Shown: piece after piece, positions 38,235-45,880 of the stretch | How the letters are laid out: the number at the start of each line of letters is the position of its first letter | Position numbering within the stretch: position 1 is the first letter of the stretch | From: a virus | Taxonomy: Duplodnaviria; Heunggongvirae; Uroviricota; Caudoviricetes | IMG/VR virus record: IMGVR_UViG_2870484749_000003 | Coordinates: 1 to 45,880 of that record | Length of the DNA: 45,880 nucleotides | Reading direction: 5' to 3' (one strand) | Notes under the pieces: generated by a model | The model's database searches: none | Seen by the model: the letters and a program-made list of their open reading frames with translations, nothing else | What the model was told of the DNA's origin: nothing | Program-made: the position numbers and the translations under genes

Positions 38235-38834
38235 ATGCGTAAAGTTTGTGCAGCCATTTTGTCCGCAGCCATCTGTCTGGTCGTATCCGGTGCGCCTTCA
38301 TGGGCGTCTGAACATCAGTCCACGCTGAGCGCGGGGTATCTTCATGCCTCGACGAACGTTCCCGGCAGCGATGATCTTAACGGGATTAACGTGAAATACC
38401 GCTATGAGTTTACGGACACGCTGGGGATGGTGACGTCATTCAGCTATGCAGAAGACAAGAATCGCCAGCTGACTCATTACAGCGATACCCGCTGGCATGA
38501 AGATTCCGTGCGTAATCGCTGGTTCAGCGTGATGGCGGGGCCGTCTGTGCGCGTGAATGAATGGTTCAGCGCGTATGCGATGGCGGGTGTGGCTTACAGC
38601 CGTGTTTCGACTTTCTCCGGGGATTATCTCCGCGTAACTGACAACAAGGGGAAAACGCACGAAGTGCTGACCGGAAGTGATGACGGTCGCCGCAGCAACA
38701 CGTCTCTGGCGTGGGGGGCTGGCGTGCAGTTTAACCCGACCGAATCCGTGGCCATTGATATTGCTTATGAAGGCTCCGGCAGTGGTGACTGGCGCACTGA
38801 CGGTTTCATCATGGGTGTCGGTTATAAGTTCTGA
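38235..38834 (+). CDS. lom: Lom-like outer membrane beta-barrel protein (Ail/Lom family)
   Basis: Signal peptide, alternating beta-strand pattern, C-terminal aromatic residue (GVGYKF); position after J as in lambda. Confidence 0.85.
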   Translation: MRKVCAAILSAAICLVVSGAPSWASEHQSTLSAGYLHASTNVPGSDDLNGINVKYRYEFTDTLGMVTSFSYAEDKNRQLTHYSDTRWHEDSVRNRWFSVMAGPSVRVNEWFSAYAMAGVAYSRVSTFSGDYLRVTDNKGKTHEVLTGSDDGRRSNTSLAWGAGVQFNPTESVAIDIAYEGSGSGDWRTDGFIMGVGYKF

Positions 38835-38860
38835 TTAGCCAGGTAACACAGTGTTATGAC

Positions 38861-38888
38861 AGCCCGCCGGTTCAGGCGGGCTTTTTTG
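38861..38888 (+). terminator. rho-independent terminator after lom
   Basis: gcccgcc-ggttcag-ggcgggc hairpin then tttttt. Confidence 0.7.
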
Positions 38889-38892
38889 TGGG

Positions 38893-41800
38893 GTGAATAT
38901 GGCAGTAAAGATTTCAGGTGTACTGAAAGACGGTGCAGGTAAACCGGTACAGAACTGCACAATCCAGCTGAAAGCAAAACGTAACAGCACCACGGTGGTG
39001 GTGAACACGGTGGCCTCAGAAAATCCGGATGAAGCCGGGCGTTACAGCATGGACGTTGAGTACGGTCAGTACAGCGTTATTCTGTTGGTGGAAGGATTCC
39101 CGCCGTCACATGCCGGGACCATCACCGTGTATGAAGATTCCCGACCCGGTACGCTGAATGATTTTCTCGGTGCCATGACGGAGGATGATGCCCGTCCGGA
39201 GGCACTGCGCCGCTTTGAACTGATGGTGGAAGAGGTGGCGCGTAACGCGTCCGCAGTGGCGCAGAACACAGCAGCCGCGAAGAAGTCAGCCAGCGATGCC
39301 GGCACATCAGCCCGTGAGGCGGCAACCCGTGCGACTGATGCTGCAGGCTCAGCACGTGCAGCCAGCACGTCAGCCGGACAGGCCGCGTCGTCGGCTCAGT
39401 CAGCGTCTTCCAGCGCAGGAACGGCATCAACAAAGGCCACTGAAGCATTAAAAAGTGCTGCCGCCGCAGAGTCTTCAAAAAGCGCGGCAGCCACCAGTGC
39501 CGGTGCGGCGAAAACGTCAGAAACGAATGCCGCAGCGTCACAAAAATCTGCGGCCACATCTGCATCCACCGCGACCACGAAAGCGTCAGAAGCTGCCACC
39601 TCAGCCCGGGATGCGTCGGCTTCAAAAGTGGCGGCAAAATCATCAGAAACGAGCGCAGCCTCGAGCGCCGGCAGTGCAGCTTCCTCGGCAACGGCGGCAG
39701 GAAATTCCGCGAAGGCCGCAAAAACGTCTGAGACGAATGCGGATAACAGCGCACAGGCGGCAGCAGACTCACAAACTGCATCGGCAAACTCCGCGACAGC
39801 AGCCAAAAAATCAGAAACCAACGCGAAAAATAGTGAGGCAGCAGCAAAGGTCAGCGAAACCAACGCTAAAGCGTCAGAGAACAAGGCGAAAGAATATCTC
39901 GACAAGGTCGGGGGACTCGTCAGCCCGATGACGCAATACGATTGGCCCGTTGTTACTGGTAATGAGTCTTTTTACATCAAGATCGCGAAACTTTCCGATC
40001 CCGGAAGCAACAATTGCCATGTAACGCTAATGGTTACTAACGGCGGTAACTACGGCTCCCCTTACGGAAACATTGACTTTATCGAGATCTCGGCGCGCGG
40101 TCTGCCTTCTTCGCTTACTGCGGATAATGTTTCTCGTCATCTGAGTATACGCCGCTTAGGGTCAACCGGGCTGACCGATAACAACCAGATGCGTTACGGC
40201 CTGGTTAAAGGTGACGGCTTTATTGAGGTTTGGGCCTTCCAGCGTGCATTTATCAACGGCGCAAAGGTTGCGGTACTGGCGCAGACGGCACGCACGGAAT
40301 TATACATTCCAGACGGATTTGTTAAGCAAACCGCCGCGCCTTCTGGATATGTTGAAAGCCCCGTTGTAAGGATTTACGACCAGTTAAACAAGCCGACTAA
40401 AGCAGATTTGGGTCTTTCTAATGCTATGCTTACAGGCGCTTTCGGTCTTGGCGGTAGCGGGATATCAACAACCGGCAAGATGAGCGATGTAGAGATCTTA
40501 AAAGCTCTGCGTGACAAAGGTGGTCATTTCTGGCGCGGTGATAAGCCGACCGGAAGTACGGCGACCATTTATAGCCACGGTTCTGGTATATTCTCGCGGT
40601 GCGGCGATACGTGGTCGGCGATCAATATCGACTACGGAACAGGTAAAGTCAAGGTTTACGCTGGTAACGATGGTGGACTTAATAATGGTAATTTTTCCGT
40701 CAATGAGCTATACGGAACCAAAAATAAGCCGTCGAAATCGGACGTTGGACTTGGCAACGTAACGAACGATGCGCAGGTGAAAAAATCCGGCGATAATATG
40801 TCTGGAGACCTGGCGATCATTAAAGGAACACCGTCACTCTTCCTGCGGTCAAAAAGTGGAACCGCCCATGTATGGTTCCAAAATGAGGATCAGTCGGAAC
40901 GCGGCGTTATTTGGGCGCCTACAAATACTGATACGCTTGGCGAAGTTCACATCAGGGCTAAAAACGCAAAAGGCGAATCAAGGGGTGATTTTATTGTTCG
41001 TCACGACGGGAGGGTAGAATCCCGTGATCTAAAAGTAACGTACAAAATCAGCGCAGCCACCGCAGAATTTGCAAACACATCAACTAACCCGCTTGATAAC
41101 ACTTTAAAAATTAGCGGTCCACAGCATACGCCGTTACTTTTAACGCGTTCTGGTTCTTCTGAAAATGTGTCCATTGGGTTTAAGTTAGACAACATGAACC
41201 CAAAGTATCTTGGAATTGATACTAATGGGGATCTGGCTTTTGGTGAGAGTCCTGATCAGAAACAAAACAGCAAATTGATCACGCAAGCGAAACTCGACAA
41301 GGGATTAACGATTGGTGGTCAACTGGCTTTCAAAGGTACGACAGCGTTTTCAGCCGCTGCTACGTTCAGTGCCGGGATAGCAGGAGCCATCGATCCGGAA
41401 GACATTGGCGGCCAGACGGTTGATCTTAACAACCTGACCATCATCTCAGATGTCGGGGCAATTAAATATTATTATTGTCCAACCATTGGAGGTGGTGCAA
41501 ATATCACCAACAAGCCTGACGGCGTAAACGGTAACTTTTTGCTCCGTGTAGAGTCGACTCGCAAAGTTTCTGCTTCGGATTATGCGAACATGCAAACGCT
41601 GATCAGCAACGACACAAAACGTATATACGTTCGCTTTGTTGTTGGTGGAAGCTGGGCAGCGTGGAGTCAGGTTGTTGTTTCCGGATGGAATCAGGATGTA
41701 ACCGTCAGGTCGTTAACCTCGACGACTCCATCAAAATTAGGTGGCGGGCGGATTGATGTGCTTGGAAGTACGTCAGATTATGGCAGCATGAATTGTACCG

Positions 41801-42672
41801 TTCGTGGTGTTGATAGCACTGGAACCAATTCGGCGTGGTCGGTAGGCACATCAGAAAGCACAGGCAAAAAGTTGTTCCTGAAAAACCACAGAAGCAGCGC
41901 TCAAGTGCTGTTAAATGGCGATGATGGAGCGGTTCAACTACTAAGTGGCACTGTTAACGGTGCTACAGCGCAGGCGCTAACCATCAACAAAGATGAGGTT
42001 AACTCAACTGCCGATTTAGTAATTAGAAAACAAACAGGGACTGGCAATCGTTTTGCTTTACTTAATTCAGGTAATTCAGAACTGCCAGTTAGCATCGCGG
42101 TCTGGGGGTCAAGTGATCGACAAAACGTTTTTGAGGTTGCAACGTCTGCTGCGTATCTGTTTTATGCGCAAAGAACACCAGCAGGCCAGTTGTTTGATGT
42201 AAATGGCGCTATTAATTGCACAACGCTGAATCAGTCATCAGACCGCGACCTTAAAGACGATATTCGCGTTATCAGCGACGCGACGAAAGCAATCCGCAAA
42301 ATGAACGGTTACACCTACACGCTCAGGGAAAACGGGATGCCTTATGCTGGCGTTATTGCACAGGAAGTAATGGAGGCGATACCAGAAGCTGTGGGATCGT
42401 TTACTCATTATGGTGAAGAGTTGCAAGGTCCGACCGTTGACGGCAACGCGCTACGCGAAGAAACGCGCTATCTTAATGTTGACTACGCCGCCGTGACGGG
42501 TTTACTTGTTCAGGTCGCCCGTGAAACAGATGATCGCGTTACCTCGCTGGAAGAGGAAAACACAACGCTACGTGAAAATCTGGCAACAGCAGACACCCGG
42601 ATCAGCACTCTGGAAAATCAGGTAAGCGAACTGGTTGCACTTGTCCGGCAGTTAACAGGAAGCGAACATTGA
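38893..42672 (+). CDS. stf: side tail fibre: lambda Stf-like N-terminus, Ala/Ser-rich repeats, divergent distal region, C-terminal S74-type intramolecular chaperone domain
   Basis: N-terminus MAVKISGVLKDGAGKPVQNCTIQLKAKRNSTTVVVNT matches lambda Stf as recalled; C-terminus DLKDDIRVISDATKAIRKMNGYTYTL plus coiled coil is typical of the autoproteolytic chaperone domain. Confidence 0.85.
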   Translation: MNMAVKISGVLKDGAGKPVQNCTIQLKAKRNSTTVVVNTVASENPDEAGRYSMDVEYGQYSVILLVEGFPPSHAGTITVYEDSRPGTLNDFLGAMTEDDARPEALRRFELMVEEVARNASAVAQNTAAAKKSASDAGTSAREAATRATDAAGSARAASTSAGQAASSAQSASSSAGTASTKATEALKSAAAAESSKSAAATSAGAAKTSETNAAASQKSAATSASTATTKASEAATSARDASASKVAAKSSETSAASSAGSAASSATAAGNSAKAAKTSETNADNSAQAAADSQTASANSATAAKKSETNAKNSEAAAKVSETNAKASENKAKEYLDKVGGLVSPMTQYDWPVVTGNESFYIKIAKLSDPGSNNCHVTLMVTNGGNYGSPYGNIDFIEISARGLPSSLTADNVSRHLSIRRLGSTGLTDNNQMRYGLVKGDGFIEVWAFQRAFINGAKVAVLAQTARTELYIPDGFVKQTAAPSGYVESPVVRIYDQLNKPTKADLGLSNAMLTGAFGLGGSGISTTGKMSDVEILKALRDKGGHFWRGDKPTGSTATIYSHGSGIFSRCGDTWSAINIDYGTGKVKVYAGNDGGLNNGNFSVNELYGTKNKPSKSDVGLGNVTNDAQVKKSGDNMSGDLAIIKGTPSLFLRSKSGTAHVWFQNEDQSERGVIWAPTNTDTLGEVHIRAKNAKGESRGDFIVRHDGRVESRDLKVTYKISAATAEFANTSTNPLDNTLKISGPQHTPLLLTRSGSSENVSIGFKLDNMNPKYLGIDTNGDLAFGESPDQKQNSKLITQAKLDKGLTIGGQLAFKGTTAFSAAATFSAGIAGAIDPEDIGGQTVDLNNLTIISDVGAIKYYYCPTIGGGANITNKPDGVNGNFLLRVESTRKVSASDYANMQTLISNDTKRIYVRFVVGGSWAAWSQVVVSGWNQDVTVRSLTSTTPSKLGGGRIDVLGSTSDYGSMNCTVRGVDSTGTNSAWSVGTSESTGKKLFLKNHRSSAQVLLNGDDGAVQLLSGTVNGATAQALTINKDEVNSTADLVIRKQTGTGNRFALLNSGNSELPVSIAVWGSSDRQNVFEVATSAAYLFYAQRTPAGQLFDVNGAINCTTLNQSSDRDLKDDIRVISDATKAIRKMNGYTYTLRENGMPYAGVIAQEVMEAIPEAVGSFTHYGEELQGPTVDGNALREETRYLNVDYAAVTGLLVQVARETDDRVTSLEEENTTLRENLATADTRISTLENQVSELVALVRQLTGSEH
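39230..39900 (+). repeat. degenerate tandem repeats encoding the Ala/Ser/Thr-rich tail-fibre segment
   Basis: Recurrent aaaacgtc(a/t)ga(a/g)acgaatgc units and SETNA/AKTSETNA peptide repeats; generates long spurious antisense ORFs. Confidence 0.6.
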
Positions 42673-42855
42673 TATCCTTCAAGCTCTGAAGGAGGCTGTT
42701 CCCGGTACGTTCAGACTGTTGTTGAGCTGGAGATCGCAACGGAGGAAGAGACATCGTTACTGGCGGCATGGAAAAAGTATCGGGTGTTGCTGAACCGTGT
42801 TGATACATCAACTGCACCTGATATTGAGTGGCCGGAAGAACCAGACACAATGTAA
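42673..42855 (+). pseudogene. 3' remnant of a tail fibre assembly (tfa) gene, no start codon, in frame directly after the stf stop
   Basis: Encodes ...[44 protein letters not shown], the conserved Tfa C-terminal motif; no ATG/GTG start after the stf stop. Confidence 0.6.
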
Positions 42856-42902
42856 GCGAAAAAGAAAAACCGCAGACACGACGTATGCAGGACGTGCTGC
42901 GG
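42856..42902 (-). terminator. rho-independent terminator downstream of the DinI-like gene
   Basis: Imperfect hairpin ccgcagacacgacg...cgtgctgcgg followed on the minus strand by tttttctttttc. Confidence 0.5.
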
Positions 42903-42970
42903 TTGGCTGGTGAACTTTCGATAGTGCGAGTATTGAATGATTTCCAGCCGTTACCGATTTTACGTGTTTA

Positions 42971-43219
42971 TTAGTGAACAAACCACTCGTCAGCAGACTC
43001 CCAGGTATCTTTCAGAGTCTCCTGAACAAATGTTTTTGCAGAATCTTTATCTGCGGTGCGTGTAACAGAAAGGCCATCGTTGCTGGTGGCTTTTACGATC
43101 ACCTCTACATCGTCATAACGTTTACTGATGCGTCGGGTTAATTCTTCCTTTAACGCATCCACAGCACCGGTTGGCATTTTAGTCATTTTCTCTTTGGCTA
43201 TGCAGATTTCAATACGCAT
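42971..43219 (-). CDS. DinI-family protein
   Basis: [37 protein letters not shown]...[17 protein letters not shown] resembles DinI (81 aa) as recalled; two SOS boxes upstream. Confidence 0.8.
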   Translation of the reverse strand: MRIEICIAKEKMTKMPTGAVDALKEELTRRISKRYDDVEVIVKATSNDGLSVTRTADKDSAKTFVQETLKDTWESADEWFVH

Positions 43220-43232
43220 AAAAGTCCCTCTA

Positions 43233-43280
43233 TACTGTGTTTGTATACAGTGTTATTTTTAACTGTATGGATAAACAGTA
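43233..43280. promoter_or_regulatory. two tandem LexA (SOS) boxes in the promoter region of the DinI-like gene
   Basis: tACTGTgtttgtatACAGtg (43233-43252) and aACTGTatggataaACAGta (43261-43280) both fit CTGT-N8-ACAG. Confidence 0.65.
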
Positions 43281-44378
43281 TCAAGGGGTCTTATTTCTGC
43301 TCCTTTGGAGCTCTTCAAAACGATTATGTAAAGATTTCGGATACAGTTCGGTATATACCTGCCATAGCACGTTTAATGAACGATGCCCTGTAACCTGGGC
43401 TACTTCCTCAATACTAAAACCAGCCTCAAATAAGCGACTTGCCCCTTCTCTACGCAAATCATGGTATCGCAGATCCTTAATACCTAATTTGCTTCTTACC
43501 CTCTGAAATCCCGCAGTAACAGAAGTGCTGTTATATGGAAAAATGAATTCCGATTTTTTGGGCTGTCGTTGGACGATATCCCAGGCTTCCCCAAGCAAGG
43601 CTACTTTCATGTGGTTGCCTTCCTTTTTGCGTGGATCTTTCCTGTCTCTTACGAGTATAGATTTTTGTTCCTGGTCGAGATCTTCCCATCGTAACCTGCA
43701 TACTTCTCCGATTCGCATACAGGACCACACAGAAAATTTGAGGATATCAACGAACGGAATTTTTGAGCATTTATGAGTAGATCGTTGTTGAAGGCCTTCA
43801 ATGAGCATGTCCAGTTCATCAGATGCTGGTCTACGATTACGACGGTTTGATTTACCAATCAAACCAAGTTTAAGTAGATATGGACGAGCACTTTTCGCCG
43901 GGTTTGATGTGTAATTAATTCCGTATACAGGTTTGGCCGCATCCAGAACACTGCCAAGATAACTAACATCGTGGCTGACTGTTGCTGGACCTGCGCCAGC
44001 GTTGTTTCTTAGCCTGCAATGTTCAATTACGTCATTTTCTGTCAGTTCAGATAGTTTGATCGCGGAGATGTCACTATCCATAAGCAGTTCCAGCACATAT
44101 CTTTTAGTACGGCCTGCTTTACCTCCGGCATTTGGGTCATTTAAATATTTGTGTAGTAAGTCACGGACTGTAAGTCCGTCAACTGCATTTGATGATGGAA
44201 TGCCATATAGATCTAATTCCATCACTTTCTGTGTGCCCCATGTTTTGGCATGAGCATGTTTAGGGAATGTTTTGCTTTCCCTGTAAGTGATAACACCTTT
44301 TTCTTTGATAATCACATTACAGCGATAGCGTGGTGTGCCATCGGATTTTAGTCGTTTCTCTATGTTATAGTACGCCAT
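43281..44378 (-). CDS. int: tyrosine site-specific integrase (dusA-associated type)
   Basis: 365 aa with C-terminal R...HxLR...Y catalytic pattern (RYHDLRREGASRL...HRSLNVLWQVY); adjacent to and divergent from dusA. Confidence 0.9.
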   Translation of the reverse strand: MAYYNIEKRLKSDGTPRYRCNVIIKEKGVITYRESKTFPKHAHAKTWGTQKVMELDLYGIPSSNAVDGLTVRDLLHKYLNDPNAGGKAGRTKRYVLELLMDSDISAIKLSELTENDVIEHCRLRNNAGAGPATVSHDVSYLGSVLDAAKPVYGINYTSNPAKSARPYLLKLGLIGKSNRRNRRPASDELDMLIEGLQQRSTHKCSKIPFVDILKFSVWSCMRIGEVCRLRWEDLDQEQKSILVRDRKDPRKKEGNHMKVALLGEAWDIVQRQPKKSEFIFPYNSTSVTAGFQRVRSKLGIKDLRYHDLRREGASRLFEAGFSIEEVAQVTGHRSLNVLWQVYTELYPKSLHNRFEELQRSRNKTP

Positions 44379-44463
44379 TACACGACCTCGTTATTTCGGG
44401 TTCCCATAAAACGTGGGAACCTGTGCGGGAACCTAATGCGAGAAAAATAGCCTGAAATGTTCA

Positions 44464-44570
44464 AAAATGCACGATAATCATGAAACACAAAAAATTAATC
44501 AAACCAGCGTGATGCCTGAAAAAACTGGTGTTTACTGGAATTCTCGGTTTAGCATTGCTCCTATGCTCGA
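44464..44570. other. attR: prophage-supplied replacement 5' end of dusA, homologous to attL
   Basis: See attL; similarity to 1067-1174 ends at atgctcga (44563-44570). Confidence 0.75.
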
Positions 44571-45504
44571 CTGGACGGACAGACATTGCCGCTATTTCTT
44601 GCGTCTGCTTTCCCGCAATACGTTGCTGTATACCGAAATGGTGACCACAGGGGCGATTATTCACGGTAAAGGTGATTATCTGGCGTACAGTGAAGAAGAA
44701 CATCCGGTAGCGTTGCAACTGGGCGGTAGCGATCCGGCGGCGCTGGCGCAGTGTGCAAAGCTGGCAGAAGCGCGCGGATATGATGAGATCAACCTGAATG
44801 TCGGCTGCCCGTCTGACCGGGTGCAGAACGGCATGTTTGGTGCGTGTCTGATGGGTAATGCGCAGCTGGTTGCCGACTGCGTGAAAGCGATGCGCGATGT
44901 GGTGTCGATTCCGGTGACGGTGAAAACGCGTATTGGCATCGACGACCAGGACAGCTATGAATTTCTCTGCGATTTCATCAATACCGTTTCCGGCAAAGGC
45001 GAGTGTGAGATGTTCATCATCCACGCACGTAAAGCCTGGCTTTCGGGGTTAAGCCCGAAAGAAAACCGTGAAATCCCGCCGCTCGATTATCCGCGTGTGT
45101 ATCAACTGAAGCGTGACTTTCCGCATCTGACAATGTCGATTAACGGTGGTATCAAGTCGCTGGAAGAGGCCAAAGCACACCTGCAACATATGGATGGCGT
45201 GATGGTCGGGCGCGAGGCGTATCAGAATCCGGGTATTCTGGCGGCGGTAGACCGGGAGATCTTTGGTTCCTCGGATACCGATGCCGATCCGGTGGCGGTA
45301 GTGCGCGCCATGTATCCGTACATTGAGCGTGAACTCAGCCAGGGGACGTATCTCGGCCATATTACCCGGCATATGTTGGGCTTGTTCCAGGGTATTCCTG
45401 GCGCGCGGCAGTGGCGGCGTTATTTAAGTGAAAATGCCCATAAAGCGGGTGCAGACATTAATGTGCTGGAACACGCGCTCAAACTGGTGGCGGATAAGCG
45501 TTAA
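44467..45504 (+). CDS. dusA: tRNA-dihydrouridine synthase A with prophage-derived N-terminal codons
   Basis: 345 aa Dus-family TIM-barrel protein ([15 protein letters not shown], catalytic Cys region [11 protein letters not shown]); followed by pspG as in E. coli. Confidence 0.95.
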   Translation: MHDNHETQKINQTSVMPEKTGVYWNSRFSIAPMLDWTDRHCRYFLRLLSRNTLLYTEMVTTGAIIHGKGDYLAYSEEEHPVALQLGGSDPAALAQCAKLAEARGYDEINLNVGCPSDRVQNGMFGACLMGNAQLVADCVKAMRDVVSIPVTVKTRIGIDDQDSYEFLCDFINTVSGKGECEMFIIHARKAWLSGLSPKENREIPPLDYPRVYQLKRDFPHLTMSINGGIKSLEEAKAHLQHMDGVMVGREAYQNPGILAAVDREIFGSSDTDADPVAVVRAMYPYIERELSQGTYLGHITRHMLGLFQGIPGARQWRRYLSENAHKAGADINVLEHALKLVADKR

Positions 45505-45585
45505 CTTTTCACCAAAAAGTAGTCAAATTCACCACGCCCTGCGCACCGTCGCGGGGCGTTTTGCTGTTAAATCAATAGATTATTT

Positions 45586-45602
45586 TTGGCATGATTCTTG
45601 TA
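45586..45602 (+). promoter_or_regulatory. candidate sigma54 (-24/-12) promoter of pspG
   Basis: TGGCATgattcTTGTA approximates TGGCAC-N5-TTGCA, about 35 nt upstream of the pspG ATG. Confidence 0.4.
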
Positions 45603-45637
45603 ATGCCAGCAAGAGATTTCATATTTGGGAGAGCATC

Positions 45638-45880
45638 ATGCTGGAACTACTTTTTGTGATTGGCTTTTTTGTCATGCTGATGGTCACCGGCGTTTCGTTG
45701 CTGGGCATTATCGCCGCGCTGGTTGTGGCGACGGCCATTATGTTCCTCGGCGGTATGCTGGCATTGATGATTAAGTTGCTGCCGTGGTTACTACTGGCGA
45801 TTGCGGTGGTGTGGGTTATTAAGGCGATTAAAGCACCAAAAGTGCCGAAATATCAGCGTTATGACCGCTGGCGTTACTAA
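45638..45880 (+). CDS. pspG: phage shock protein G
   Basis: 80 aa hydrophobic protein MLELLFVIGFFVMLMVTGVSLLGIIAALVV... ending ...KYQRYDRWRY at the window end; the 150 aa track ORF is an upstream over-extension. Confidence 0.85.
   Translation: MLELLFVIGFFVMLMVTGVSLLGIIAALVVATAIMFLGGMLALMIKLLPWLLLAIAVVWVIKAIKAPKVPKYQRYDRWRY

Larger units (their letters stand above)
1067..44570. mobile_element. lambdoid prophage integrated into the 5' end of dusA (dusA-specific integrase type), bounded by attL and attR
   Basis: Duplicated dusA 5' sequence at both ends; integrase adjacent to dusA; full set of phage immunity, replication, lysis, head and tail genes between. Confidence 0.9.

Noticed and set aside
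39122-39905. Several long minus- and plus-strand ORFs (241, 169, 158 aa) in the tail-fibre repeat region
   Set aside because: Artefacts of the Ala/Ser-rich repetitive stf sequence, which lacks stop codons in several frames; highly biased composition.
45428-45880. 150 aa ORF from the track covering pspG
   Set aside because: N-terminal extension runs through the promoter region; the hydrophobic 80 aa protein from the ATG at 45638 matches PspG.

Overview
This window is an Enterobacteriaceae (E. coli-type) chromosomal segment carrying a ~43 kb lambdoid prophage (about 1175-44463) integrated into the 5' end of dusA. The displaced native dusA 5' end sits at the left junction (1067-1193), and the prophage supplies a replacement 5' end to the intact dusA at the right junction (44467-45504), next to a tyrosine integrase; pspG follows. 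The prophage is mosaic: a leftward early operon (PrtN-like, exonuclease, DUF551, Ea22-like, methyltransferase-like, HD-domain protein), a cI/cro immunity switch with TTGCG-type operators, a replication gene with internal iterons, a LexA-DNA-binding-domain-only protein, RusA, a KilA-N antirepressor, DUF968 and Q-like genes, a phage-21-type lysis cassette, non-lambda head genes, and tail genes (Z through J, lom, Stf N-terminus) that I recognise as lambda-like. The most interesting feature is an AT-rich three-gene cassette in the moron slot between Q and the lysis genes: a Dcm-like C5-cytosine methyltransferase convergent with a tightly coupled DUF262 + HEPN gene pair, which I cannot assign to a named defence system. 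Other leads are an ~750 bp ORF-free, highly structured early-left leader, tandem SOS boxes upstream of a DinI-like gene, and a tail-fibre module swap that left a tfa remnant. All calls rest on reading the sequence and ORF translations by eye and on recalled family motifs; no database search or computation was run.
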